A stretch of 36,803 bases of DNA, taken from the sequence record SRR2962707_1379. One strand, 5' to 3'. This document shows, piece by piece, positions 10,598-19,023 of this stretch. The position numbers and the translations under genes were made by a program. How positions within the stretch are numbered: the stretch's first letter is position 1; the number at the start of each line of letters is the position of its first letter. Under the pieces are notes generated by a model. The model searched no databases. It saw only the letters and a program-made list of their open reading frames with translations, and was not told the DNA's origin.

Positions 10598-11809
10598 TTA
10601 CTCACGATACTCTACCCCTAGATCGGCGCCGACCTGCCAGCGCTTCTCAACCTCTCGCGGTGCGCCCACACCCACGATCTGAAATTTGAATCGGTCGGGA
10701 ACCTGAAAATAGCTCTCAATGCGCAGGTGCGCACCTGATTCTGAAACATTGCGCACCGAGCAATCAATCACCGAGTTGAGACCCTCAATGATGATCTTGC
10801 CGCGTTTGAGCACCCGCTTGCGGGCCTCCTTGCGCATCTCTTCCAACTGCCGCATCGACATGGTCTCAGCCACGATGGGGCTGAGTTCACCTTCGGGCAG
10901 CTCGTCGAGTGTGAAGCCATAGGGCAGTCCCAACTGCTCGGCCTGCTCCAGCACTTTTGCCGCCGCCGTGGTGACAGCATCGGCACTATCGCCATCGGCA
11001 GGAAATGTCGCTGCGCCAATGGCGGGTTCGATTTCGATCTGCATGCGGTTGTGTTCTTCGGACAGCCGTACGCTCTCGTAGATACGTTTGCAGGCGGACG
11101 CCACAAAATCGGGGTCGGTCCGCCCTTCGAAGACGATGACGAACTGATCAGCCCCCAGATGGCCACACAGCGCGCTCTCGGCGGTGGCCTCTTTCAGCAG
11201 GCTGGCGAAATTGCGCAACAACTTGTCGGCGATCACATAGCCCAGATCGCTGCGGATCTTGGGCAGCAGCTTTGGCCGCACCATGATCAGCGTGAACCCG
11301 TCCTGGGCGTGCCGGAAGCGCAGATCGCTCAACCGGGCCTCGACATAGCTGGCCGAATGCAGCCCTGTCAGGCTGTCAAAGCGCGCATTGCTGCGCAGCT
11401 TGTCAGTTTCCGCCAGCCGCAGCCGATCTTCCTTGCGGCGCGCAATGGCGCCCTGAATGGCCCGGATCAGTTCGCTGCGATCCAGATTGCGCTTGGAGAC
11501 ATAATCGCTGAAGCCAATACGGAAGGCCTTGACCGCCGTACGCTCACTGCCCTGCCCGGTCAGCATGATGATCGGCGGGGGATCCTCGAAGCCGTCTTTG
11601 ATCGCCTTGCCCAGCGCCAGCCCGGTATCGATGCCCAGATCATAGTCGAGCACCACACACTCAATGGAAGGATCGACCTTGAGCAAGGCCATCAACTCAT
11701 CGGAAGTGCTGGTTTTGACCGCGTGAAGACTACCCTCATTGGTGAACAACGAGGCGACAAATTCCATATAGAGCGGGTCATCATCGATGACGGCGACACG
11801 TGTAGCCAT
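10598..11809 (-). CDS. REC-degenerate GGDEF-PilZ signalling protein
   Basis: Receiver (VIDDD, VLDYDL, MLTG, VSK); GGDEF-like domain from FDSLTGL with GADQF in place of GGDEF; C-terminal PilZ with RKEAR (RxxxR) and NVSESG (D/NxSxxG). Start is ATG 11809 or 11827. Confidence 0.85.
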   Translation of the reverse strand: MATRVAVIDDDPLYMEFVASLFTNEGSLHAVKTSTSDELMALLKVDPSIECVVLDYDLGIDTGLALGKAIKDGFEDPPPIIMLTGQGSERTAVKAFRIGFSDYVSKRNLDRSELIRAIQGAIARRKEDRLRLAETDKLRSNARFDSLTGLHSASYVEARLSDLRFRHAQDGFTLIMVRPKLLPKIRSDLGYVIADKLLRNFASLLKEATAESALCGHLGADQFVIVFEGRTDPDFVASACKRIYESVRLSEEHNRMQIEIEPAIGAATFPADGDSADAVTTAAAKVLEQAEQLGLPYGFTLDELPEGELSPIVAETMSMRQLEEMRKEARKRVLKRGKIIIEGLNSVIDCSVRNVSESGAHLRIESYFQVPDRFKFQIVGVGAPREVEKRWQVGADLGVEYRE

Positions 11810-12456
11810 CGGGTTTTGTCTCAACATTCGGCGTTCTGGGCACCGTGAGCGTAGCCCTGAGGGGATGAACAGCACCTTACCTAGAATTTCTGACACGTAG
11901 GGAAAAGCCTGAGTTTGCTGAAGAAACGCCCCCTGTCGATCACACCACACCGACCATTGTGAGCGACCTTGGAGACAAGGCAAACCACCCACCCACCCGC
12001 TGGAAGCCAACACGTCTGCCCACCCACCCCACGGACTGCGGCCTGGACAATTGACAGCGGCAGCAAGTTGCGACAACAATCAAAAGTCGAAAATAATCAC
12101 AATAAACCGAACGACCGGTTCATCGAGGATGCGCTTCTTCCACACCCGGAAATTCAACCAAAACTCTATAATATATAGGCGTTACATTGAATTTTTTGCG
12201 GCTGACGAACCTGCGCACAATTCGAATACAAACGATAGCTTGTCGCCCATAGCGGCCAGCGTCCATACGGTGAGGAGCACCACTGAACCCCTTCTGCGGG
12301 GAAGCGATGACGCGCGGCCGGATGCCAGCGTTCGCGCGTCAAAACCCGTCGCCGAAAGTCAGGCCTGATGGGGTTTTTCCCTCTCGGACCAACCGTCGCT
12401 CGCGCACTTGGCGAGCAACCCGACCATGATCACTTTTTTTACCGAGGCCGACCAAT

Positions 12457-13377
12457 ATGACCGATTTTACCGTGTTCGACGTTGATTATCCGCCCCATGC
12501 GCGCCAGCGCGTGATCGTCAACACCGACGCCAAGAACGAATGTGACGACCAGTTTGCCATCGTTCAGGCCATCCTTACGCCGTCCTTTGAACTGCATGGC
12601 ATCATTCCCGCCCATTTCGGTGACAAGAAGTCCAAGACCAGCCTGAAGGACAGTCACGACGAGACCATGCTGGTGCTCAAGCTGATGAATCTTGAAGGCA
12701 AGGTTCGGGTTGAGGACGGCGCCACCCATGCCATGCCCGACGAGACCACGCCCGTCGACTCGCCCGGCGCGCAATTGATCATCGAGGAGGCCATGAGGGA
12801 CGACGACCGTCCGCTGTTCATCGCCTTTTATGGCCCGGTGACAGACATCGCCTCGGCACTGCTGCTCAAGCCCGAAATCGAGAACCGCAATATCATCGTG
12901 ATCTGGATCGGCGGCGGCCACTGGCCCGCTGGTGGCCGTGAATACAACCTGTCCAACGATATTCCCGCCGCCAACGTGCTGATGAAGTCCAAGCTGACCG
13001 TTTGGCAGGTGCCCCGGACCGCCTATCGCACCATGAGCGTGACCTATGCCGAGATGATCGAGAAGGTTTCGCCCTGCGGCGAGATCGGCAAATATCTGGT
13101 CGAGCAGGTGATCGAGTACAATATGCGCACCGATCCGCACATGGAGTACCGCTCGCTCGGCGACTCCCCGTGTATCGGCCTCATCCTCGATCCCGAGGCG
13201 GGGGTATGGGACTATCGGCCTGCGCCTCTGTTTGATGAACAGATGAAATATGTCCACACCGGCAAGTACCGCCCAATCCGCGTCTACGACAGCGTCAATA
13301 CCCGTTTCGTGCACGAGGATCTTTGGGCCAAGCTTGCCCAATTCCATCGTCGTGGCTCGCGTGACCACCGCAGCTAG
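12457..13377 (+). CDS. Nucleoside hydrolase family protein (atypical)
   Basis: N-terminal NTDAKNECDD (variant of DxDxxxDD), YGPVTDIA, WIGGG and EYNLSND. GAGG RBS upstream. Confidence 0.85.
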   Translation: MTDFTVFDVDYPPHARQRVIVNTDAKNECDDQFAIVQAILTPSFELHGIIPAHFGDKKSKTSLKDSHDETMLVLKLMNLEGKVRVEDGATHAMPDETTPVDSPGAQLIIEEAMRDDDRPLFIAFYGPVTDIASALLLKPEIENRNIIVIWIGGGHWPAGGREYNLSNDIPAANVLMKSKLTVWQVPRTAYRTMSVTYAEMIEKVSPCGEIGKYLVEQVIEYNMRTDPHMEYRSLGDSPCIGLILDPEAGVWDYRPAPLFDEQMKYVHTGKYRPIRVYDSVNTRFVHEDLWAKLAQFHRRGSRDHRS

Positions 13378-13458
13378 GCTCTAAAACCCAGATACGGCCC
13401 GGGCTCGCTGGCACACACCGCGGGCCCGATCATATCCCCCCATATCCGGAGATCGACC

Positions 13459-13560
13459 ATGCGTATTCTCATCATCGGGGGGACCGGCATTATCAGCACC
13501 GGCATTGCCCGCCTGCTGCTGGCGCGAAATTACACCACGAACTCAATCTGTCCCCCTTGA
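13459..13560 (+). pseudogene. Truncated NAD-dependent epimerase/SDR N-terminal remnant
   Basis: GGAG RBS then MRILIIGGTGIISTGIARLLLAR (Rossmann GGTGxxS), followed by NYTTNSICPP-stop at 33 aa. Confidence 0.7.
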
Positions 13561-13681
13561 TCGGGGGGCGGGAGAAGATGGAGCGCCACGCGCATTCGCA
13601 GGCACCATGCCGGGAAAAGACGAGGGCACCGACATCGTGTGATGCGGCGCCCTCTTGTCTGTCAGACCCTTGGCCGTACGA

Positions 13682-15223
13682 TCAGTCGGGATCAGCGCCT
13701 TCAACGTCATCCTTATCGGCGATCTTGGGACGCAGATAGCGGCCCACAATCACCGGCAGGATGAAACCGACAATGGCCATCGTCCACAGCGCGATCGAGA
13801 GTGGCGAAGCGACCAGCGTCATCACATCACCATCCGAAATGGTCATGGCGCGCCGCAGGTTTTTCTCCATCTGATCGCCGAGCAATACGCCCAAAATGAT
13901 CGGCACCAGCGGAATATCGAGCTTGCGCAGCACCCAACCCAGGACACCGAAGGCGATCATCACCATCAGATCAAATGTCGAGCCTGACACACCGTAAATG
14001 CCGACAAACGAGATCATCGCGACGCCCGGCATGAGATAGCGCGGCGGGATCATCAGCAGGCGCACAAAGAACCCGACCATGGGAATATTGAGCGCCAGCA
14101 ACATGAAGTTGGCGATGAACAGCGCCGCGATCAGGCCCCAGACCACATCCGGATTGTTCTGGAACAGCAAGGGGCCGGGTGTAATGTTGAGCGCCAGCAG
14201 CATGGCCAGCAGCACGGCGGTCGTGCCCGAGCCGGGAACGCCCAAGGCCAGCATGGGCACAAGCGCACCACCGGCGGCCGCATTATTGCCCGCCTCGGGT
14301 GCCGCGACACCGCGCGGATCGCCCTTGCCGAACGTGCCGTTCTTGTCCTTGAGACGTTTCTCGAACGAATAGGCGATGAACGAACCCAGCGACGCGCCAG
14401 CACCGGGCAGCACACCGGCAATAAAGCCCAGCACAGTACCACGGGCCATGGAGCCAGACGTCTGTTTAAGCATCGCAACTGGCGGAGTAATACGGCCCAG
14501 CTTGACGGTCCCGTCGCCGCCTGTTGCCTTGGCTGTGCCACGGTGTTCAAGGAAGGTGAAAACCTCAGAGAGCGCGAACATGCCGACAATGGCGACCAGG
14601 AAGTCGATGCCGTCATAGAAGTGGACTTCACCAAAGGTGAAGCGCGGCACGCCGGTCTGACCATCCACGCCGATCAGCGCGATTGCCAGCCCCAGCGCGG
14701 CGGCAAAGGCAGCCTTGGCCTGATTGCGGCTGGCCAGACCACCCAGGGTCGCAAAGGCCAGCGTAAACAGCGCGAAATACTCCGCAGGCCCGAACAGCAG
14801 CGCAACCTTGACCAGTTGCGGCGCCAGAAACACCAATCCCCAGGTGGCAAAGAACGAGCCAACAAACGATGAAATCCCCGAGATCGACAGGGCCTCACCC
14901 GCCTGCCCCTTGCGGGCCATGGGATAGCCATCCAACGTGGTCATCAGCGCCGGCTCGTCACCGGGTATGTTGAGCAGGATAGAGGATATGCGCCCGCCAT
15001 ACATGGCGCCGTAATAGACGCTGGTCAAAAGGATCAGCGCAGGCGTGGCGGGCAGCCCCAGTGTGAATACCAAGGGGATCATGATGGCGACGCCGTTGGA
15101 GGGCCCGAGCCCCGGCAGAGCCCCGATAATTGTGCCCAGAAGGCAGCCGATCAGGGCCAGTCCAAGATTTTGCCAGGTCAGGGCAATCAAAAAGCCGTCG
15201 GCGAGAGATTGAAGAGAATCCAT
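13682..15223 (-). CDS. tctA: Tripartite tricarboxylate transporter large permease TctA
   Basis: GALPGLGP, YYGAMYGG, LLNIPG, APEAGNNAA and GVPGS are TctA signatures. Confidence 0.95.
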   Translation of the reverse strand: MDSLQSLADGFLIALTWQNLGLALIGCLLGTIIGALPGLGPSNGVAIMIPLVFTLGLPATPALILLTSVYYGAMYGGRISSILLNIPGDEPALMTTLDGYPMARKGQAGEALSISGISSFVGSFFATWGLVFLAPQLVKVALLFGPAEYFALFTLAFATLGGLASRNQAKAAFAAALGLAIALIGVDGQTGVPRFTFGEVHFYDGIDFLVAIVGMFALSEVFTFLEHRGTAKATGGDGTVKLGRITPPVAMLKQTSGSMARGTVLGFIAGVLPGAGASLGSFIAYSFEKRLKDKNGTFGKGDPRGVAAPEAGNNAAAGGALVPMLALGVPGSGTTAVLLAMLLALNITPGPLLFQNNPDVVWGLIAALFIANFMLLALNIPMVGFFVRLLMIPPRYLMPGVAMISFVGIYGVSGSTFDLMVMIAFGVLGWVLRKLDIPLVPIILGVLLGDQMEKNLRRAMTISDGDVMTLVASPLSIALWTMAIVGFILPVIVGRYLRPKIADKDDVEGADPD

Positions 15224-15247
15224 GTCTTTATGTCTTTCTAGCCGGGG

Positions 15248-15688
15248 TCAGAAACCCCAGGGCCCTCTGGCGAGGGAAAGGCCAAGGATGATCCGGAAAA
15301 CCAGGAAGATGCCGCCTGAAATCAGCAGCCCAGCCAGCGCCGCCTTGAGTGGCGGGGTGCCCAGACGCCAGGACAGAAACCCGCCGCAAACCGCGGTCGA
15401 CAGCACAAAGCCGACAATGGGCAGGAACTGGGCATAGGCAATCAGGGCGACCACGGCGACGCAGATTTCGAGCAGCCGCGGCAGTGCGGGCCAGACGGGT
15501 TCTTCATCGGGCCGCACCAGAATGGTGGCCGAGGCGAGCCCGATAACAACGGCAATGACAATCGGAAAGGCGCGTGGACCAAGAGGGTCCTGGATAAAGC
15601 TCTCCTTGATCAGGAAAGCCCCCCAAATAATAAGTCCCGAAAGCACCAGACCGGCAATTCCGAGCAGACGATCGCTGGAATTCCTCAT
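15248..15688 (-). CDS. tctB: Tripartite tricarboxylate transporter small subunit TctB
   Basis: 146 aa with 4-5 TM segments and DPLGPRAFP motif; lies between tctC and tctA. Confidence 0.9.
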   Translation of the reverse strand: MRNSSDRLLGIAGLVLSGLIIWGAFLIKESFIQDPLGPRAFPIVIAVVIGLASATILVRPDEEPVWPALPRLLEICVAVVALIAYAQFLPIVGFVLSTAVCGGFLSWRLGTPPLKAALAGLLISGGIFLVFRIILGLSLARGPWGF

Positions 15689-15715
15689 CGGCTTCCCCCC
15701 TGCGACATGACACCA

Positions 15716-15766
15716 TGACCCCCATGGGGGTCAGCAAAACGAGGCCCGCACCGCGATGCGCGGGCC
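15716..15766 (-). terminator. Intercistronic stem-loops between tctC and tctB
   Basis: GGCCCGC-N10-GCGGGCC hairpin followed on the minus strand by TCGTTTT, then the perfect 18-bp palindrome TGACCCCCATGGGGGTCA (15716-15733). Confidence 0.55.
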
Positions 15767-15782
15767 CCGGATGTGGCGTGAT

Positions 15783-16775
15783 CTATTCGATCAGGCCGAT
15801 TTCCTTGGACAGGGTCGAGATGTTGGACACGGATTCGGCCACAAAGGCCTCGAAGTCAGCGCCGCGCAGGTCGAGCGGCGCCAGACCATTGGCCGCCATG
15901 GTGTCTTTCCACTCGGCCGAGTCATAAACGGCACCGATCTGCTCAACCCAGAAATCATAGGCTTCGTCAGACATGTCGCCGGGGCCGTAAAAACCGCGCC
16001 AGTTGGCACCGATCACGTCGACGCCCTGCTCGCGGGCGGTTGGGTAGGAGGCGAAGTCGCCTTCGAGACGCTCAGGCGCCAGCACGGCAATCACCTTGAT
16101 ATCGCCGGAATCCACGAAACCCTTGGCTTCGGACGCATCGCCGGTAAACGCCTGCACGCTGCCAGCCAGAAGCTGGGTCACAGCCTCACCACCGCCATCA
16201 AACGCCACATATTTGACGCTGCGCACGTCATCAATGCCCGACGTCTTGGCCGCGATGAGCACCTTGAGGTGATCCCAGCCACCCACAGCGGAGCCACCGG
16301 CGACCGAGACACTGGTTGGATCAGCCTTGATCATCTCGAGCAGCTCGGGAAGCGTGTTGATCTCGGAATCCTTGGCCACCGCGATGATGCCATAATCGGC
16401 ACCGACCGAAGCCAGCCAGCGAACCTGGCTCATGTCATTGCCGGGGTAAGCCCCCTGGGCCAGACGCGTCGAGGTTGCCGAAGAGGCCGCCACGATCAGA
16501 TTGTCTTCGCCATTGCGCTTGTTGACGACTTCAGCGAAGGCCACGCCACCACCACCGCCAGCCAGATTGGTCACCTGCATGGTGCCCGGGATCAGATCGA
16601 GATCCTGTAGAGCCTTGCCAACCTGACGGCAGGTGAAGTCCCAGCCGCCGCCTGCGCCCGCTGGCGCAATGCATTCGGTATTGTTGGCCTCGAACGCCAT
16701 GGCGCCCGGCGCGTAAGCAGCCGCGCTGAGCGCAGCAGCCAGAAAAGTGGCTTTCGCCACGGAAAGCAGCTTCAT
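15783..16775 (-). CDS. tctC: Tripartite tricarboxylate transporter substrate-binding protein TctC (Bug family)
   Basis: Signal peptide, CIAPAGAGGGWD, NLAGGGGG, FDGGGEA and NWRG. Confidence 0.95.
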   Translation of the reverse strand: MKLLSVAKATFLAAALSAAAYAPGAMAFEANNTECIAPAGAGGGWDFTCRQVGKALQDLDLIPGTMQVTNLAGGGGGVAFAEVVNKRNGEDNLIVAASSATSTRLAQGAYPGNDMSQVRWLASVGADYGIIAVAKDSEINTLPELLEMIKADPTSVSVAGGSAVGGWDHLKVLIAAKTSGIDDVRSVKYVAFDGGGEAVTQLLAGSVQAFTGDASEAKGFVDSGDIKVIAVLAPERLEGDFASYPTAREQGVDVIGANWRGFYGPGDMSDEAYDFWVEQIGAVYDSAEWKDTMAANGLAPLDLRGADFEAFVAESVSNISTLSKEIGLIE

Positions 16776-16847
16776 CGGAATCTCCTCATTTTGTGCCCGC
16801 CGCCGATTACCGGTCTTGCGGGCCTGCTTGATCTCTAACAGGCCAAC

Positions 16848-16865
16848 CTGTCATCAAGCTGTCGT
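16848..16865. promoter_or_regulatory. OmpR/PhoB-type direct-repeat binding site in the tctC/tctD divergent promoter
   Basis: CTGTCAT-CAAG-CTGTCGT, two heptamers at 11-bp period. Confidence 0.55.
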
Positions 16866-16943
16866 CGCCCCACTTCGGGCATTGGGCTTGCAAGCCCCGT
16901 GCATAAGCGCTCAATTGCGCACACGCTTGGGAGGGCGCACATC

Positions 16944-17621
16944 ATTCGCATTCTGTTGGTTGAGGACACTCACGATGTCGCCGATGCCATCGTCGCCAGC
17001 TTCGGTCGGCGCGGCGATGCGGTGGATCATGCGCTGACGCGGGTCGCCGCCGATGACCTGCTGGCCCTGCAGCGCTATGACGTGATCATCCTCGATATCA
17101 ACCTGCCCGACGGCAACGGTCTGTCGCTGCTCGCCGACCAGCGACGACAGGGTGTCACCACCCCCATCCTGATGCTGACGGCACGGCTCGAGGTCGATGA
17201 CCGTGTGGCCGCGCTTGATCGCGGTGCCGACGACTATCTGGTCAAACCCTTTGATCTGCGTGAGCTTGAAGCGCGTGTACGCGCCCTGGCCCGACGGGCG
17301 CAGCGCGATCCCTCCGAAGGCTCGACAATCACCTATGCGGATCTTGAAGTCGATATTGCCGGGCGCGTCGTGACCCTGGGCGGGCAGCCGATCAATTTGA
17401 CGCGGCGCGAATTCGGTGTGCTTGAGGCGCTGCTGATCAACCGTGGCCGGGTCATTTCCAAGGAACAGATATTTGAGCGCATCTTTTCGTTCGATCAGGG
17501 CGATGTCGGCCTGAACGCTGTCGAAATCTATGTCGCCCGGCTGCGCAAGAAGCTGGACGGGGGCGAAGTGTCGATCAAGACCCTGCGCGGATTGGGATAT
17601 CAGCTCTTTGCCAGTCAATAG
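16944..17621 (+). CDS. tctD: OmpR-family response regulator TctD
   Basis: RILLVED, ILDINLPDG, MLTAR, DDYLVKPF and winged-helix KTLRGLGY; divergent from tctCBA. Start appears to be ATT 16944 (alternative GTG 16899). Confidence 0.9.
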   Translation: MRILLVEDTHDVADAIVASFGRRGDAVDHALTRVAADDLLALQRYDVIILDINLPDGNGLSLLADQRRQGVTTPILMLTARLEVDDRVAALDRGADDYLVKPFDLRELEARVRALARRAQRDPSEGSTITYADLEVDIAGRVVTLGGQPINLTRREFGVLEALLINRGRVISKEQIFERIFSFDQGDVGLNAVEIYVARLRKKLDGGEVSIKTLRGLGYQLFASQ

Positions 17622-19023
17622 CGCATTCCGGCATATCGGGGCCCGCAATGGCCGCCCCCTGTCCCTGGCCTCCCGCCTGTTTCTGGCCATTGGACTGATC
17701 CTGCTGACCGGCGGCATCATCGTCACCGCTGCGGCGCTGGCCTATGGCCATCAGGCCGCCCGCAATGCCTTTGACCGCCTGCTGGTGGGCGCGGCCAACC
17801 AGATCTCGGCCTCGATCTCCATCGTTGAAGGCGATCCGCTGGTGGATCTGCCGGTGACCGCGCTGGAACTGCTCGCTCTGGCACCCGAAGATCGCATTGC
17901 CTATCGCGTTATCGACCCCCAGGGCGTGACCCTGACAGGCTATGACGATCTGGCGCTGCCGCCCACCGACACCGATCTCAGCTTCTTCGATGGCACATTT
18001 GCCGGCGACGCGGTCCGGCTGGTGGCCGTGCGACGGCACTTCGCCGAACGCGGCTTCAGCGGCACCGTGACCACCATTGTTGCCCACACTACCATTGCCC
18101 GTCAGGCTCTGGCCTGGGATATCGCGCGCAATGCCTGGATGATGTTGGCCGTGGCCGGGATCGGCATGGTTGCCCTTGCCGTTTTCTCGATCCGCTCGGC
18201 CCTTGTGCCGCTCAAACGCATCGGTCAGGACCTGCTGGCACGCGATCCCAAGGACCTCACCCCGCTCGATATCGCGGTGCCGCGCGAACTGCGCGCCATC
18301 GTCGATGCGATCAACCGGTTCATCACCCGCCTGCACCGCCAGATCGATGGCATGCAGAACCTGATTTCCGACAGCGCGCACCAATTGCGCACGCCGATTT
18401 CTGCCTTGCGGGCGCAGGCCCAATTGGCCGCCGAGGAACAGGACCCACACCGCCAGTCCGAGATTGTCAGCAAGATCCTGACCCGCTCGGTCGGCCTCAG
18501 CCGCCTGACCGATCAGATGCTGAACCGCGCGCTGGTCATCCATCGCGGCGACAGCGCCGCCCACAAAAGGATCGACTTGCGCCGCGTCGCCATGGCCGCC
18601 GCCGAGGTCTTTGATGATGGGGCGATCTTTGAAGCCGGGCGACTGCATCTTGACCTGTGCGAGACGGCGGCATGGGTCGCCGGAGATGCCCTGTCGCTGC
18701 AAGAGGCGGTCAAGAACCTGATCAGCAATGCGCTCCAGCATGGGGCTGGCAGAGTGACCATCGCCGTGCTGTGCCAAGGCGGTCAGGCGGTGTTGACCGT
18801 GCATGATCAGGGCAAGGGCATGACGGCCGAGCAAGCGCACCTGCTCGGACAGCGCTTTTTGTCGGCCGACCAGCACCGCACCAGCGGCACCGGCATTGGT
18901 CTGTCCATCGCTCACGCCGTGGCCCATGCCCATGGCGCAACGATGGCGGTCGATATCGCCTCCAATACCGGGTTCACCATCAGCCTGACGATCCCGCTGC
19001 AGCACGAGGAGCGCGCGACATGA
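17608..19023 (+). CDS. tctE: Sensor histidine kinase TctE
   Basis: Two TM segments, AFDRLL periplasmic start, H-box AHQLRTP, N-box NLISNA, G-boxes DQGKG and GTGIGL. Probable TTG start at 17608 overlaps tctD. Confidence 0.88.
   Translation: MPVNSAFRHIGARNGRPLSLASRLFLAIGLILLTGGIIVTAAALAYGHQAARNAFDRLLVGAANQISASISIVEGDPLVDLPVTALELLALAPEDRIAYRVIDPQGVTLTGYDDLALPPTDTDLSFFDGTFAGDAVRLVAVRRHFAERGFSGTVTTIVAHTTIARQALAWDIARNAWMMLAVAGIGMVALAVFSIRSALVPLKRIGQDLLARDPKDLTPLDIAVPRELRAIVDAINRFITRLHRQIDGMQNLISDSAHQLRTPISALRAQAQLAAEEQDPHRQSEIVSKILTRSVGLSRLTDQMLNRALVIHRGDSAAHKRIDLRRVAMAAAEVFDDGAIFEAGRLHLDLCETAAWVAGDALSLQEAVKNLISNALQHGAGRVTIAVLCQGGQAVLTVHDQGKGMTAEQAHLLGQRFLSADQHRTSGTGIGLSIAHAVAHAHGATMAVDIASNTGFTISLTIPLQHEERAT

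Noticed and set aside
11810-12079. 90-aa N-terminal extension of the REC-GGDEF-PilZ ORF in the track
   Set aside because: Non-protein-like composition running through the CCCA repeats; the receiver domain starts at MATRVAVIDDD.
12100-12345. Short palindromes (AACCG-N6-CGGTT, CTATA-ATA-TATAG) and a TGACGCGCG/CGCGCGTCA hairpin upstream of the nucleoside hydrolase, considered as an operator or purine riboswitch
   Set aside because: Too short to exceed chance and no riboswitch consensus recognised. An Rfam/Infernal scan would settle it.
12439-13368. 309-aa antisense ORF covering almost the whole nucleoside hydrolase
   Set aside because: No recognisable motifs; stop-free antisense frames are expected opposite strongly codon-biased high-GC genes.
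17575-19005. 476-aa antisense ORF opposite tctE (likewise 16911-17726, 15756-16610, 3447-4343, 11051-11848)
   Set aside because: Shadow ORFs with no domain signal; the opposite strand has clear family motifs.
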